This document shows, piece by piece, positions 1 through 16,198 of a stretch of DNA of 64,000 nucleotides (positions within the stretch are counted from its first letter, which is position 1; each line of letters begins with the position of its first letter). This stretch comes from the human T2T-CHM13v2.0 reference genome, Homo sapiens. The position numbers and the translations under genes were made by a program. A model generated the notes under the pieces. It saw only the letters and a list, made by a program, of their open reading frames with translations. It had not been told where the DNA came from and ran no database searches. The stretch lies in assembly GCF_009914755.1 (NCBI RefSeq), contig NC_060943.1. The stretch is one strand, 5' to 3'.

Positions 1-216
<216 letters not shown>

Positions 217-1109
217 TGAACTCCTGACCTCAGGTGATCTACACGCCTCGGCCTCCCAAAGTGCTGGGATTACAGGTGTGAGCCACCGTGCCCGGCCTGC
301 GCTCAGTGCTAATTAAAAGCACTGCTGCATTCAGTTTTCCACATGGGATTAATGTTTCATTCTGAAGACCTGCAGCACTAATTCAACTTCTAAAAAAAAA
401 TATGAGATTCATAAGACCATATAAAATAAAATAAAGATAATCAACATTATCAACAGCTAACTGTAAACTTTTCTTATGCCTTCAAGAGTGAATGTGGGTC
501 CAATTCTTACTGACCAACAATTAAGCAGTTCAGATACCAACCCTATTTATGGATGAAAATGTTAAGGAAATTCCTACCCAGGGCTACGGTTATCATTTTT
601 TTGTTCATTTGTTTTAGAGACAGTGTCTTGCTCTGTTGCCCAGGCTGGAGTCCAGTGTTGCAATCCCAACTCACTACAGCCTCAAACTCCTGGGCTCAGG
701 TGATCCTCCTACCTCAGCCTCCCAAGCAGCTGGGGACTATAGGTGCACACCACCACATCTAGCTAATTGTTAATTTTTTTATAGAGATGGGGGGAAAGGT
801 CTCATCATTTTGCCCAGGCTAATGTCAAACTCCTGGGCTCAAGTGATCCTCCTGTCTTGGCCTTCGAAAGTGCTGGAGCGACAGGCATGAGCCACCATGC
901 CTGGCCTGGTTATCAATTTTATAAGCTAAGAAAACCTACCCAAAACTCCTAAAAAATGAATTGCTGCCTTTGTTTTGGCAATTCTTGAAACAGGTGTTGT
1001 AAATACTGCTGTCCAAATGCTGCCATAAAATTGGTACACAAAATCTGGTATCTCATCAGTTTTCTCATGGCAGGTTATATAAACCATAGGTACTTTTTTG
1101 TTTGTTTGA

Positions 1110-1370
<261 letters not shown>

Positions 1371-2989
1371 TGAGTCACCGCGCCTGGCCAAAACATACGT
1401 ACTTTAAAAGCAGCCAAAGTTTCCAAACAAAAGTCATTTCCCACAAGAAAGAATGTCTAGTTAACCTAAAGTCATTCAAATAATGCCTATCATCTTGTTT
1501 CAAGGTTTTGTGAGAATGAAATGTATTTTGCTATGATTCCTGTGTTATTTTTAGTTAATAGCTTACTATTTTCTTAAGGAAGAACACATTCTCTCTGCGG
1601 CAATTCTAAGGACGGACTAACTCAACAACTCAACACCGGGTTGCGTGTATACTGTATCACCTAAGCCATCAGAACACAGAAGGTAGCTGTGCTAAAATGT
1701 ATAAGCACGTTAATTCAAATCAATGACAGAAGCCTCTACTGAAGCTTAGCAATCACCTATTTGAACAACATAAACATTCAATTTCTCCTCTGGAAGGTAA
1801 TTTTAATAGCAAGCATAATATTCAAGTGATTTTCCACGTCTGATGGAAGAATACAATGGAGAAAGAAAGAAGAGAAAGAGAAAAGAAGGAAGAGCTAGCA
1901 GGCAGAGGGGTGGAGTGTGTCCAGAAGTTTGTACTAGCCTGGATCGCTAGCCAAGTCCAGCCGCTTTAACTGAGCCCTGGCAATCAAAACACCACTGAGG
2001 ATGAAGGAAGCAAAAGAAAAGATCAAATAAAAATTAAATGCTCCATTCTGGGAAATCAGCAGGTCATAGATTCTTTCCCTAATAGGAAATCCATTACTAG
2101 TCAAATACTCCACCGGAGAAACCACTCCGAGTGCAGGAAACAGATGCACTCCTCATTCCCACAGCCCTGGTTTCCAAGCCCTGGGTGGTTTCTCTTTGTG
2201 ATTCCATTAGAAAGGGCACAGCAATATCACAGCACTGGTGGAAGGGTCGGCACTGCCGCTCCACCGCGGGAAGCTGAAACACCAGCCTGGATCTCTCTTC
2301 CATGTGCTGAAATGCAGTAGGAACACCGCGGGGGGGCAAAGACCCCCCTGAGCTCAGCAGAGGCCCCTCTATGAGGTGCCCAAGGGGTGGTTTGTATCTG
2401 TGGGGGCTCAGCAGGGACTGTGAGAAACAAGGTTATAGCAAGCTACCAGCTGGAAACTAACACAAGGGTGACACGCGGAAATGATCAACTGTTGGGGGGG
2501 GGGGGAATCTGGTCCCCTCAGAGATGCCAGCCCTGGCTCCCGGACTGGGACTCCAGTCTTGGGGGCAGATGGACGGGCTGAAGATAGCAGAGATGCTCCG
2601 AGGAGCAGGCCTGGGAGAACAGTGTAGAGTGTGTGTTTGTACACTTGGGGCACAAACTTACCCCGTGTGTGTCCCTACCCTCTGAGCCCTTCTGCCCCTG
2701 GCCAGTTCCCAGTGTGTCCCCATCCCCTGCCATCTCTCCTCCAGGATCCTTTCTCTCCCTCCCCTCCCAAACGACCACATATTTAAGACCTAGAAAAGGA
2801 TCTTAAATATCACAACACTCAGGGCCCTTTCTCCCTCCTCACTGTCCCAGCAGGGTCCCAGTTCCCTGGAAACCCAGGTGCCCACCCTCTTATTTGACCT
2901 CAGGACCTCCTCCCACATAATACTGGCTTCCCGCCAAGTCTCTGTCCCCCTTCCCCAGTCAGGCCTCAGTTCCCCACCAACCTCGGTTT

Positions 2990-3830
2990 CCGCCCCTCCC
3001 TGGGGTAACCTCCCAGGTCTCTGTCTTCTCTCCTCCACCCCACATCAGGGGTCAGGTTCCCACCCCTACTCCACACCCCACCCCAGGTCTCTGCCCCTGC
3101 CTGCTAGGTACCCTCCCAGGTCTCTGCCTTCTCTCCTACCCCCACCATCAGGGGTCAGTGCCCTCCACACTCGAATGTTGCTGCCCCCTGCCCAGTCGGG
3201 AAACTTCCCAGGTCTCTGCCTTCTCCTCCTCCAGCAATCGGGGATTAACGCCCCTCTGCCCTTCCCCTCCTCCTGCCCAGCCAGACACCCTCCCAGGTCT
3301 GAATTCTCTCCCCCTACCAGCAATCGGGGTCAGCTCCGCTCTAGCTCTCCCCCTGTCCAGCCAGACACCCTCCCAGGTTTCTGTCTTCTCTCTTACCCCC
3401 ATCAGGGGCCAATTCCTCACCCCTCGACTGTGGCTTCCTCCTGCCCAGCCAGGAACCCTCGCTGATCTCTGTTTTCTCCTCCCCTACAAGTAATCGGGGG
3501 TCAGCTACCCTCTGTCCATCCCCCTGCCCGGCCAGGCACCCTCCCAGGTCTGTGTCTTCTCCTCCCCCCGCAATCGGGGGTCAATGCCCCTCTGCCCTTC
3601 CCCTCCTCCTGCCCAGCCAGACACCCTCCTAGGTCTGTGTCTTCTCTTCCCCTACCAGCAATCAGGGGTCAGCTCCCCTCTGCCCATCCCCACCCACTCC
3701 CCGGCCAGGCACCTCCCAGGTCTCCTCCCTGCATTGGGTCAGTTCCGTCCCCTCCCCTCCTCGGTCAGACCACCCACCCCCCGCCCGGGTCTGTCCCCTC
3801 TCGCTGCCCTCCTCGTGGCGCCCCCATCAG
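2990..3830. repeat. Degenerate C-rich tandem array (~85 bp period, ~10 units) in ZFR2 intron 1
   Basis: Anchor ctcccaggtct(c/g)tgtcttct recurs near 3010, 3113, 3205, 3290, 3370, 3458, 3541, 3625 and 3713, usually with aatcgggg(g)tca and cctgcccagccagacacc. Confidence 0.8.
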
Positions 3831-4420
3831 GGGCTGACCCCCCCGACCCCGCACAGGCCCAGGCCCAAACCCAGGCCCCCTCCCACTTCAGGAGCCCCCT
3901 CCCGCTCCCGCCGACAGACACCGTTGGCTGCAGAGACGTCTCAGCCGGAGCCCCGGAGCCCGCATCCCGCCCGGTGCCTAACCTGAGGCCGCCCCGCCTG
4001 CTTCTCCCGGCGCCGCGGCTTCCCTCAGGCCGGGGTTCCAGGTTGGGGCTGGGACTGGGGCCGGGCCGGGCGCACGCGGCGGGAGAAGGGGTAGGCGGGG
4101 TCCCGGCCAGGCTGCAGGGGCCGGGACTGGCGGGGGCTGGCGCGGCGGGGCAGTTACCTGTACTGCGGGCCGCCGCCCTGCGCGAAGTCGAAATACTGAC
4201 TCGTCGCCATCTTGGCGTCTTCCCCGAGCCTGGCGGACCCGCGACGTCACCCGCCCCGCCCCCGAGCCGCGTGCCGCTCGCGCCTGGCCACGCGCCCCAA
4301 GCTCCGCCCCCTGCGCGAAGCCCTCACCTTCTCGCTTCCTTCTCTTAGGCTAGGGAGACACCGCCCCGCGACCACACCTGCCCCGAGGCCCCGCCTCCTA
4401 CGCAGAGCCCCGCCCTCCTC
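3830..4420 (-). promoter_or_regulatory. ZFR2: CpG island promoter of ZFR2
   Basis: Very high CpG/GC content. Multiple GC boxes (ccgccccgcc 4251), a CRE-like gacgtca at 4243-4249, and a YY1-like cgccatctt (4205-4213) over the start codon. Confidence 0.85.
4158..4210 (-). CDS. ZFR2: ZFR2 (zinc finger RNA-binding protein 2) first coding exon
   Basis: Reverse complement reads gccaagATGG... and encodes MATSQYFDFAQGGGPQY(S), which matches the ZFR2 N-terminus as I recall it. It is followed by the donor CAG|gtaact. 53 nt, phase 2. The rest of the gene lies left of the window. Confidence 0.93.
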
Positions 4421-4852
4421 TTAACCACTCAAATGTGGAGGTCTCTGCTCAAGCCCCGCCCATGCTAGAAGCCCTGCCTCTTTCTCGGAGCCCCACATTC
4501 CCTTTAACCACTCAGATGTGGTGGTATCTGATCAAGTCCCGCCCATGCTACAAGCCCCGCCTCTTACTCAGAGCCCTGCCTTCCCTTTACCCACTCAGAT
4601 GTGATCTCTGCTCAACCCCCACCCATGCCACAAGCCCCGCCTTTTTTTGGAACCGTACCTTCCCTTTAACCATTCAGGTGTGGAGGTCTCTGCTCAAGCC
4701 CCACCCATGCCACAAGCCCCGCCTCTTTCTCGGAGCCCCGCCTTCCCTTTACCTGCTCAGATATGGTCTCTGCACAAGCCCTACCTCTGTCTCCGAGCCC
4801 CACCTTCTCTTTAACCACTCAGATGTGGAGGTCTCTGCTCAAGCCCCACCAC
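4410..4852. repeat. ~83 bp degenerate tandem array (~6 units) just upstream of ZFR2
   Basis: Unit ttaaccactcagatgtggaggtctctgctcaagccccgcccatgc...aagccccgcctc starts near 4421, 4504, 4587, 4666, 4748 and 4811. Confidence 0.88.
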
Positions 4853-5773
4853 CACCACAGCCAGCTAATTTTTAAATTTTTTGTAGAGACAGTGTCTTGC
4901 TATGTTGCCCAGGCTGATGTTGAACTCCTGGCCTCAAATAATCTTGCCTTGGCCTCCAAAAGTGCTGGGATTACAGACGTGAGCCACTGCATCTAGCCTC
5001 AGAATGACTCTTCAGAAGGCCCCCATGGTCTCTGCCTCCTGTGTTCACAACGTGATATAAATAAATGATAGGCCGGGCACAGTGGCTCACGTCTGTAATC
5101 CCAACATTTTGAGAGGCGGAGGCAGGAGGATCTTGAGCCCTAGGACTTTGAGACTAGCCTGGGCAACATAGCAAGACCCTGTTTCTACAATTTTTTTTTA
5201 ATTAGCTGGTCATGGTGGTACATGCCTGTGGTCCCAGCTACTCAGGAGGCTAAGGTGGGAGGATCACTTGAGCCTGGGCTGTCAAGGCTGCAGTGATCTG
5301 TGACTGTACCACTGCACTCCAGAGTGAGACCCTGTCTCAAAAAAGAGAAAAGAAAGAAAGGGCTGGGCGTGGTGGCTCACGCCTGTAATCCCAGCACTTT
5401 GGGAAGGCGAGGTGGGCAGCTCACCCAAGGTCAGGAGTTCAAGAGCAGCCTAGCCAACATGGCAAAACCCTGTCTCTACTAAAAATACAAAAAAAAAAAT
5501 TAGCCAGGCGTGGTGGGGCACACCTGTAATCCCAGCTACTCGGGAGGCTGAGGCAGGAGAATTACCTAACCCAGGAGGTGGAGGATGCAGCGAGCCGAGA
5601 TCACACCACTGTACTCCAGCCTGGGCAACAGAGCAATACACCGTCTCAAAAAAATAAAAAAATAAAAAATAAAAAAATAAATAAATAAATAATAAAAGAG
5701 GAGAGGGAGAGGAGCAGGGAGGGAGGGAAGGGAAGGAAAGAAGAGAGAGAGAGAGAGAGAGAGAAAGAATTGA

Positions 5774-6595
<822 letters not shown>

Positions 6596-6912
6596 CTGCG
6601 CTTCTATTTCGATCACCAAGATGTGGCTCCGGAATGCGGGGCTTACTTCTTCCATGAATTGGCCAAGGAGAAGCGCAAGGGTGTTGAGCGTCTCCTGAAG
6701 ATGCAAAACCAGCGTGGTGGCCCTGCTGTCTTCCAGGACATCCTGAAGCCAGGTCAAGATGAGTGGGGTAAAACCCTGGAAGCCATGGAAGCCGCCATGG
6801 CCCCGGGGAAAAATCTCAACCAGAGTCTTTTGGATCTTCATGCACTGGGTTCCGCCCCTACAGACCCCCATCTCTGTGACTTCCTGGAGAGTCACTTCCG
6901 AGATGAGGAAGT

Positions 6913-7186
6913 GGGCTGCACGCGGTGGCTCACACCTGTAATCCCTGCACTTTGGGAGACCGAGGCAGGCAGATCACCTGAGGTCAGGAGTTTGAGACCA
7001 GCCTGGCCAACATGGCGAAACTCCAGTTCTTCTAAAAATACAAAAATTAGCCGGGCGTGGTGAGCTACTCAAGAGGCTGAGGCATGAGAATCGCTTGAAC
7101 CCAAGAGGCAGGGGATGCAGTGAGCCGAGATCACGCTACTGCACTCCAGCCTGGGGAATAGAGTGAGGCTCTCCAAAAAAAAAAGA
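6913..7186 (+). mobile_element. AluS-like insertion in the FTL pseudogene
   Basis: Sense Alu between gatgaggaagtg and aagaagatgggtgaccac. Confidence 0.9.
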
Positions 7187-7352
7187 AGAAGAAGATGGGT
7201 GACCACCTGACCAACCTCCACAGGCTGGCCGGCCCGGAAGCTGGGGGGCCCAGAGGCTGGGCTGCATGAGTATCTCTTAGAAAAGCCGACTCTCAAACAC
7301 GGCTAGGAACCTACTGAGCCCAGCGACTTCTGAAGGGCCCCACGTAAAGTAA

Positions 7353-7748
<396 letters not shown>

Positions 7749-7836
7749 TGAACACTAGATTCCAAAAAGCATCATAGAAGTCTTGGGCTTCTGTTAGATA
7801 GGCATGGTGGCAGGTGCCTGTGGTCCCAGCTACTCA

Positions 7837-7941
<105 letters not shown>

Positions 7942-7944
7942 TCA

Positions 7945-8333
<389 letters not shown>

Positions 8334-8756
8334 TCAAATCAGTTGGCTTTTTGACAATGGAGTATTACGAGAGCATTAAAGTAAGAAGTGCATTCAGCAG
8401 ATACAGGGCTACTAATTCTTGGACAGGCTCCATGGAGAGCCCAGGGTGCTGAGGGAAGCCACATTTGGTGATTTAGCGGATGGCACTCTTCCATCTGTAA
8501 CTCCATGACCATGTGTGGCCACCAGGAATGGTCTGGTGGGTCTGGCCAGTGCAGCTCTCCCTGCCATGCCCTGGCTAAAGTCCAACAAGGTAATTAATTG
8601 CACACGGCCTCTCTCCAAGTCCCTGCCGTTCTAATTAGGTAATGAAGGCTGTGTCTCTTTACAAAGGATCTGTTGTAGTGTTTTCTCTGGGTTGCATTTT
8701 TTCTATTATTTACTGCAAGGATTGTGCTAAATGCTTTACATGCAAAATGTGATCTA

Positions 8757-9107
<351 letters not shown>

Positions 9108-9265
9108 TCATACCAGTAACCCCAGCTACTTCGGAGGCCAAGGCAGGAGGATTGCTTGAGCCCAGGAGTTTGAGACCAGTCTGGGCAACATAGGGAGACC
9201 CCATCTCTACAAAATACAAAAATTAGCTGGATGTGGTTGTGTGTGCCTGTAGTCCTAGCCACTTA

Positions 9266-9466
<201 letters not shown>

Positions 9467-9525
9467 TCATGAGGTCAGGAGATGGAGACCATCCTGGCTA
9501 ACACAGTGAAACCCCGTCTCTACTA

Positions 9526-9738
<213 letters not shown>

Positions 9739-10149
9739 CTAAAGTCAATACCAAGCTCACTAATACTGACCATCGCTCCTAAGAGAAACACGAGGTTGAG
9801 TTCCTGTGAGCCTCTAGTCACAGTGTTTGCATCAACCATCAATACACGACCTCGGCCAGTGCAGTGGCTCACGCCTGTAATCCCAGCACTTTGAGAGGAT
9901 GAGGAGGGCGGATCAACTGAGGTCAGGAGTTCGAGACCCGCCTGACCAACATCTCTACTAAAAATACAAAATTCGCCAGGAGTGGTGGTGCATGCCTGTA
10001 ATCTCAGCTACTCAGGAGGCTGAGGCAGGAGAATCACTTTAACCCAGGACGTGGAGGTTGCAGTGAGCTGAGATTGCGTCATTGCACTCCAACCTGGGCA
10101 ATAAGAGCGAAACTCCGTCTCAAAAAAAAAAAAAAAGAAAAAAAAGAAA

Positions 10150-10392
10150 GTTCAAATGTCTAGCCAACCGGGATTAGTTCAGATTGTGTGACCCGACCCC
10201 GGCCAATGGGGAAAGGGCACAGGGGCAGGACTTGCCTCAGGAATAAAGGCTCTCATGCCCCTTTGTTCAGGTGCGCTCTCATGACGACTGGACAAAGAAA
10301 AACACCTCTCTGCGCAGAAGTAAAATTGCTTTGCTAAAATCCCTTTGTTTGTGTATTCAATCTTCTTAGGATTTTGAGCGTTATTCCCAACA
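10150..10392 (+). mobile_element. ERV1 LTR 3' portion (LTR10/HERV-I-like)
   Basis: CCAAT (ggccaatgg 10201), TATA-like gaataaa (10241), AGTAAA poly(A)-like signal (10319) followed by attgctttgct, and terminal ...ttcccaaca. Family assigned from memory. Confidence 0.6.
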
Positions 10393-10537
10393 AATAGACA
10401 TGGTTGATTCATTCACATTGAACTCATAGCACTTTTACTCATATCTGAAGTTCTCTAACACACTGCTTTTCTTCTTGGAGCTTTCTTTTTTTTTTTTTTT
10501 GAGATGGAGTCTTGCTCTGTTGCCCAGGCCAGACTGA

Positions 10538-10687
<150 letters not shown>

Positions 10688-10721
10688 TAGCCAGGCTGGT
10701 CTCGATGTCCTGACCTTGTGA

Positions 10722-11078
<357 letters not shown>

Positions 11079-11177
11079 TGAACTTCTGACCTCCTGACCA
11101 CCCACTTTGGCCTCCCAAAGTGCTGGGATTATACGCGTGAGCCACATTGCCTGGCCTGTATCAAGCATTCTTTTAGG

Positions 11178-11392
11178 GCAGAATTTTTCTTGCTCAGTAC
11201 CGTGGACATTGGGACCAGATTATTCTCTGGGGCGGAGCCATCCTGGGCACTGCAGGGTGCTGAGCAGCGTCCCTGGCCCCCATCCACTCCATAACAGGAG
11301 TATCCCCCAGTCGCAACAAACACAAGTGTCCCCAGAAATCGTCCGGTGTCCGCTGCGGGCAGGATCACCACCCCCCCAGGTGACAGCCACTG
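11178..11392 (+). mobile_element. MER20-like DNA transposon relic
   Basis: ggacattgggaccagattattct...tcctgggcactgcagggtgctgagcagcgtccctggcc...ccactg. Confidence 0.75.
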
Positions 11393-11733
11393 GTGTAGGG
11401 GTTAAAGATACAGGGTGACAGGCCGGGATTACACCTGTAATCCCAGCACTGAGCCCAGCACTCCTGGCCTCAAGTGATCCACCCGCCTCAGACTCCCAAA
11501 GTGCTGGGATTACAGGTGTGAGCCACTGCACCCAGCCCACAAGAAAATTTTCTACAAGCTCACCTTCAGAAAAGTTTCAAGATCCTACAAAATCTAGCCC
11601 TTTTGTGCATTTCCAAACGAATTCCTCAGGGATGGCCGGCAGAATAATGGCCCCTAAAGATATCCACACCCACTGGGTGTGGTATGTTTGCCTGGGAAAA
11701 ATAGTGAGACCCCATCTCTACAAAAAATTGTCA

Positions 11734-11862
<129 letters not shown>

Positions 11863-11904
11863 CTACAGAGCAAGAACCTGTCTCAAAAAAATTAAATTAA
11901 ATTA

Positions 11905-12258
<354 letters not shown>

Positions 12259-12286
12259 TCACACGCTGTGGCTCCTCGGTGGTGGC

Positions 12287-12836
<550 letters not shown>

Positions 12837-12923
12837 TGAGATTACAGGTGTGAGCGGCCTCCCAAAGTGCTGGGATTACATGCCTGGCCTCAACTGAATG
12901 GTCATTCTAAGAGAATTCCCAAT

Positions 12924-13261
12924 CCTGCACACAAAAACAGCATGAATTAACTGAATTAGGGAAGCCACGCCTCTGCCAGCCGTGAGCTGGGAAGAAGCAG
13001 ATACCTCAGAGGCAGGGAGCGCAGGCGGGTGATGATGAGAGGGGCCACAGCCGCAGCCCCACGCAGGGGAGCCCACCACTAACCCTGCACCCCCACCCCT
13101 GCACAAAAGAGCTGGTGGGCACTAGCCATATCGCCTTGCAACCTTCCTCGGATGCAGAATCCACTCCTTCAGGCATCCTCTTCCTCCAATGCTCTGAAGG
13201 CCTGGGGAGCCTGAGAGATGCCCGCTGCACCCAGGCAGGGCTCGCCTTTGTTTGCCAGTAA
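12924..13261 (+). repeat. Diverged direct duplicate of ATCAY core promoter/exon 1 (source 15828-16171)
   Basis: Colinear alignment from cctgcacacaaaa to gggctcgcctttgtttgccagtaa. A large share of the differences fall at CpGs. Confidence 0.95.
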
Positions 13262-13745
13262 TGGGAATTACTCATATCTTGTGCCCAGTGCCCAGCACAG
13301 GGACTCATCGAATCCACCCCTCAGTTAACACAAGTGTCTCTTACAAGACCTCCATTTTCTCCAGCCAGGAGATGGGAAGTCCCAACCTTGTGCTAAAGTC
13401 TCTGGGGCCTCTGCTTCCCCATCAGGGCTTTCTGCCTCTGCTGTGGGCAGGTTACCTTTATGCCTCGGAAGAGTGCAGACCTCCATGCAGCGGGTGAGGC
13501 TGCCAGCCTAGGTGGGGTGTCATTGAATGTCATGAAGGGAGCCAGCCTTCATGCACTCTGCCTGCGTCTCCTGAACAGCTTTGGACCAGGAGTTGCTACC
13601 TTGTGCGGAGAACGTGTGGTGCATAAGAACAACCGAGCCTCTGCTCTTCGAAAATGTATATTCTGGCCAGGTGCGGTGGCTCACGCCTGTAATCCCAACA
13701 CTTTGGGAGGCCAAGGTGGGCAGGTTGCCTGAGGTCAGGAGTTTA

Positions 13746-14075
<330 letters not shown>

Positions 14076-14372
14076 TCACACCTATAATCCCAACATTTTT
14101 CGAGGCTGAGATGAGAGGCTCACTTGAGCCCAAGAATTCAAGACCAGCCTGGGCAATAGAGAGATACCCTATTTCTACAAAAATTACACAGATTAGCAGG
14201 GCGTGGTGGTAGGAGCCTGTAGTCTCAACCACTGGAGAGAAAGAGGTGTAAGGATCACCTGAGCCCGGGAGTTCAAGACTGCAGCGAGCTGTGATTGTGC
14301 CATTGCACTCCAGCCTGGATGACAGGGAAAACTCCTGTTTCTTAAAAAAATAAGTAAATAAAATAAACATTA

Positions 14373-14960
<588 letters not shown>

Positions 14961-15161
14961 GCACGGCCTGCACTCTCCACCCTACCATCTTCCACAGTCT
15001 CCTTGAATTCCTCCAGGGCGAGGCCACGCCAGCGCACAACTGCAGGGGGCGCCGTTCCCACAGCAGCCCTGCAAAGTGAGTGTGCCTGAGAAACTTCCGC
15101 CTCCCCTGCACCCAGCCCTGTTTAGGGCACGAGGCTGAATCAATGGTAAGTGACCATCTAA

Positions 15162-15630
<469 letters not shown>

Positions 15631-15719
15631 TGAGGCCATCTTGCCATTTATTTATTTATTTGTCCGTTGTTTTGTTTTTAAATCTCTGATGCGCCATCAG
15701 AAAATTATTTCTGCCTCTG

Positions 15720-15880
15720 CCCCTGGCGTGGCTTTCGGAGATGCTTGTCTGTCAGCCAATGGGGAGGATCGGATTCTGGCAGGGGGCTGTGCTTTTCCGT
15801 CAGGCCGCCACCCCCCACCCCCTCCTCCCTGCACACAAAAGCAGCATAAATTAACCGTCTTCGGGAAGCCGAGCCTCTGC
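15720..15880 (+). promoter_or_regulatory. ATCAY: ATCAY core promoter (CCAAT box, TATA-like element); start of a CpG island extending to ~16600
   Basis: cagccaat at 15753-15760, C-rich Sp/KLF tract at 15808-15829, cataaattaa at 15845-15854. Confidence 0.7.
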
Positions 15881-16198
15881 CAGCCCTGAGCTGGGAAGAA
15901 GCAGCTACCTCGGAGGCAGGGCGCGCAGGCGGGCGGCGATGAGAGGGGGCGCAGCCGCAGCCCCGCGCTGGGGAGCCCACCGCTAACCCTGCACCCCACC
16001 CACCCCTGCACAAAAGAGCTGGCGGGCGCTGGCCACGTCGCCCTGGGTGACCTTCCTCGGATGCAGAATCCGCCCCTGCGAGCATCCTCTTCCTCCTAGG
16101 CTCTGAAGGCCCGGGGAGCGTGAGCGATGCCCAGCTGCACCCGGGCAGGGCTCGCCTTTGTTTGCCAGTAAGGAGGAGAGGCTGTCTCAGCTGCAGAG
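15880..16198 (+). other. ATCAY: ATCAY exon 1 (non-coding 5'UTR); TSS approximate
   Basis: CpG-rich segment ending in the strong donor GAG|gtgagt at 16198/16199. Start inferred ~30 nt after the TATA-like box. Confidence 0.8.

Noticed and set aside
2878-4348. 195-aa and 254-aa Pro-rich + strand ORFs
   Set aside because: By-products of the C-rich tandem array and the CpG island antisense to ZFR2.
4410-4852. Regularly spaced repeats superficially like a CRISPR array
   Set aside because: Eukaryotic DNA; the whole unit is repeated and degenerate, with no unique spacers or cas genes.
11192-11212. RE1-like tcagtaccgtggacat in MER20
   Set aside because: The right half-site lacks the conserved GGACAG terminal G and the following bases; likely a chance match within a transposon.
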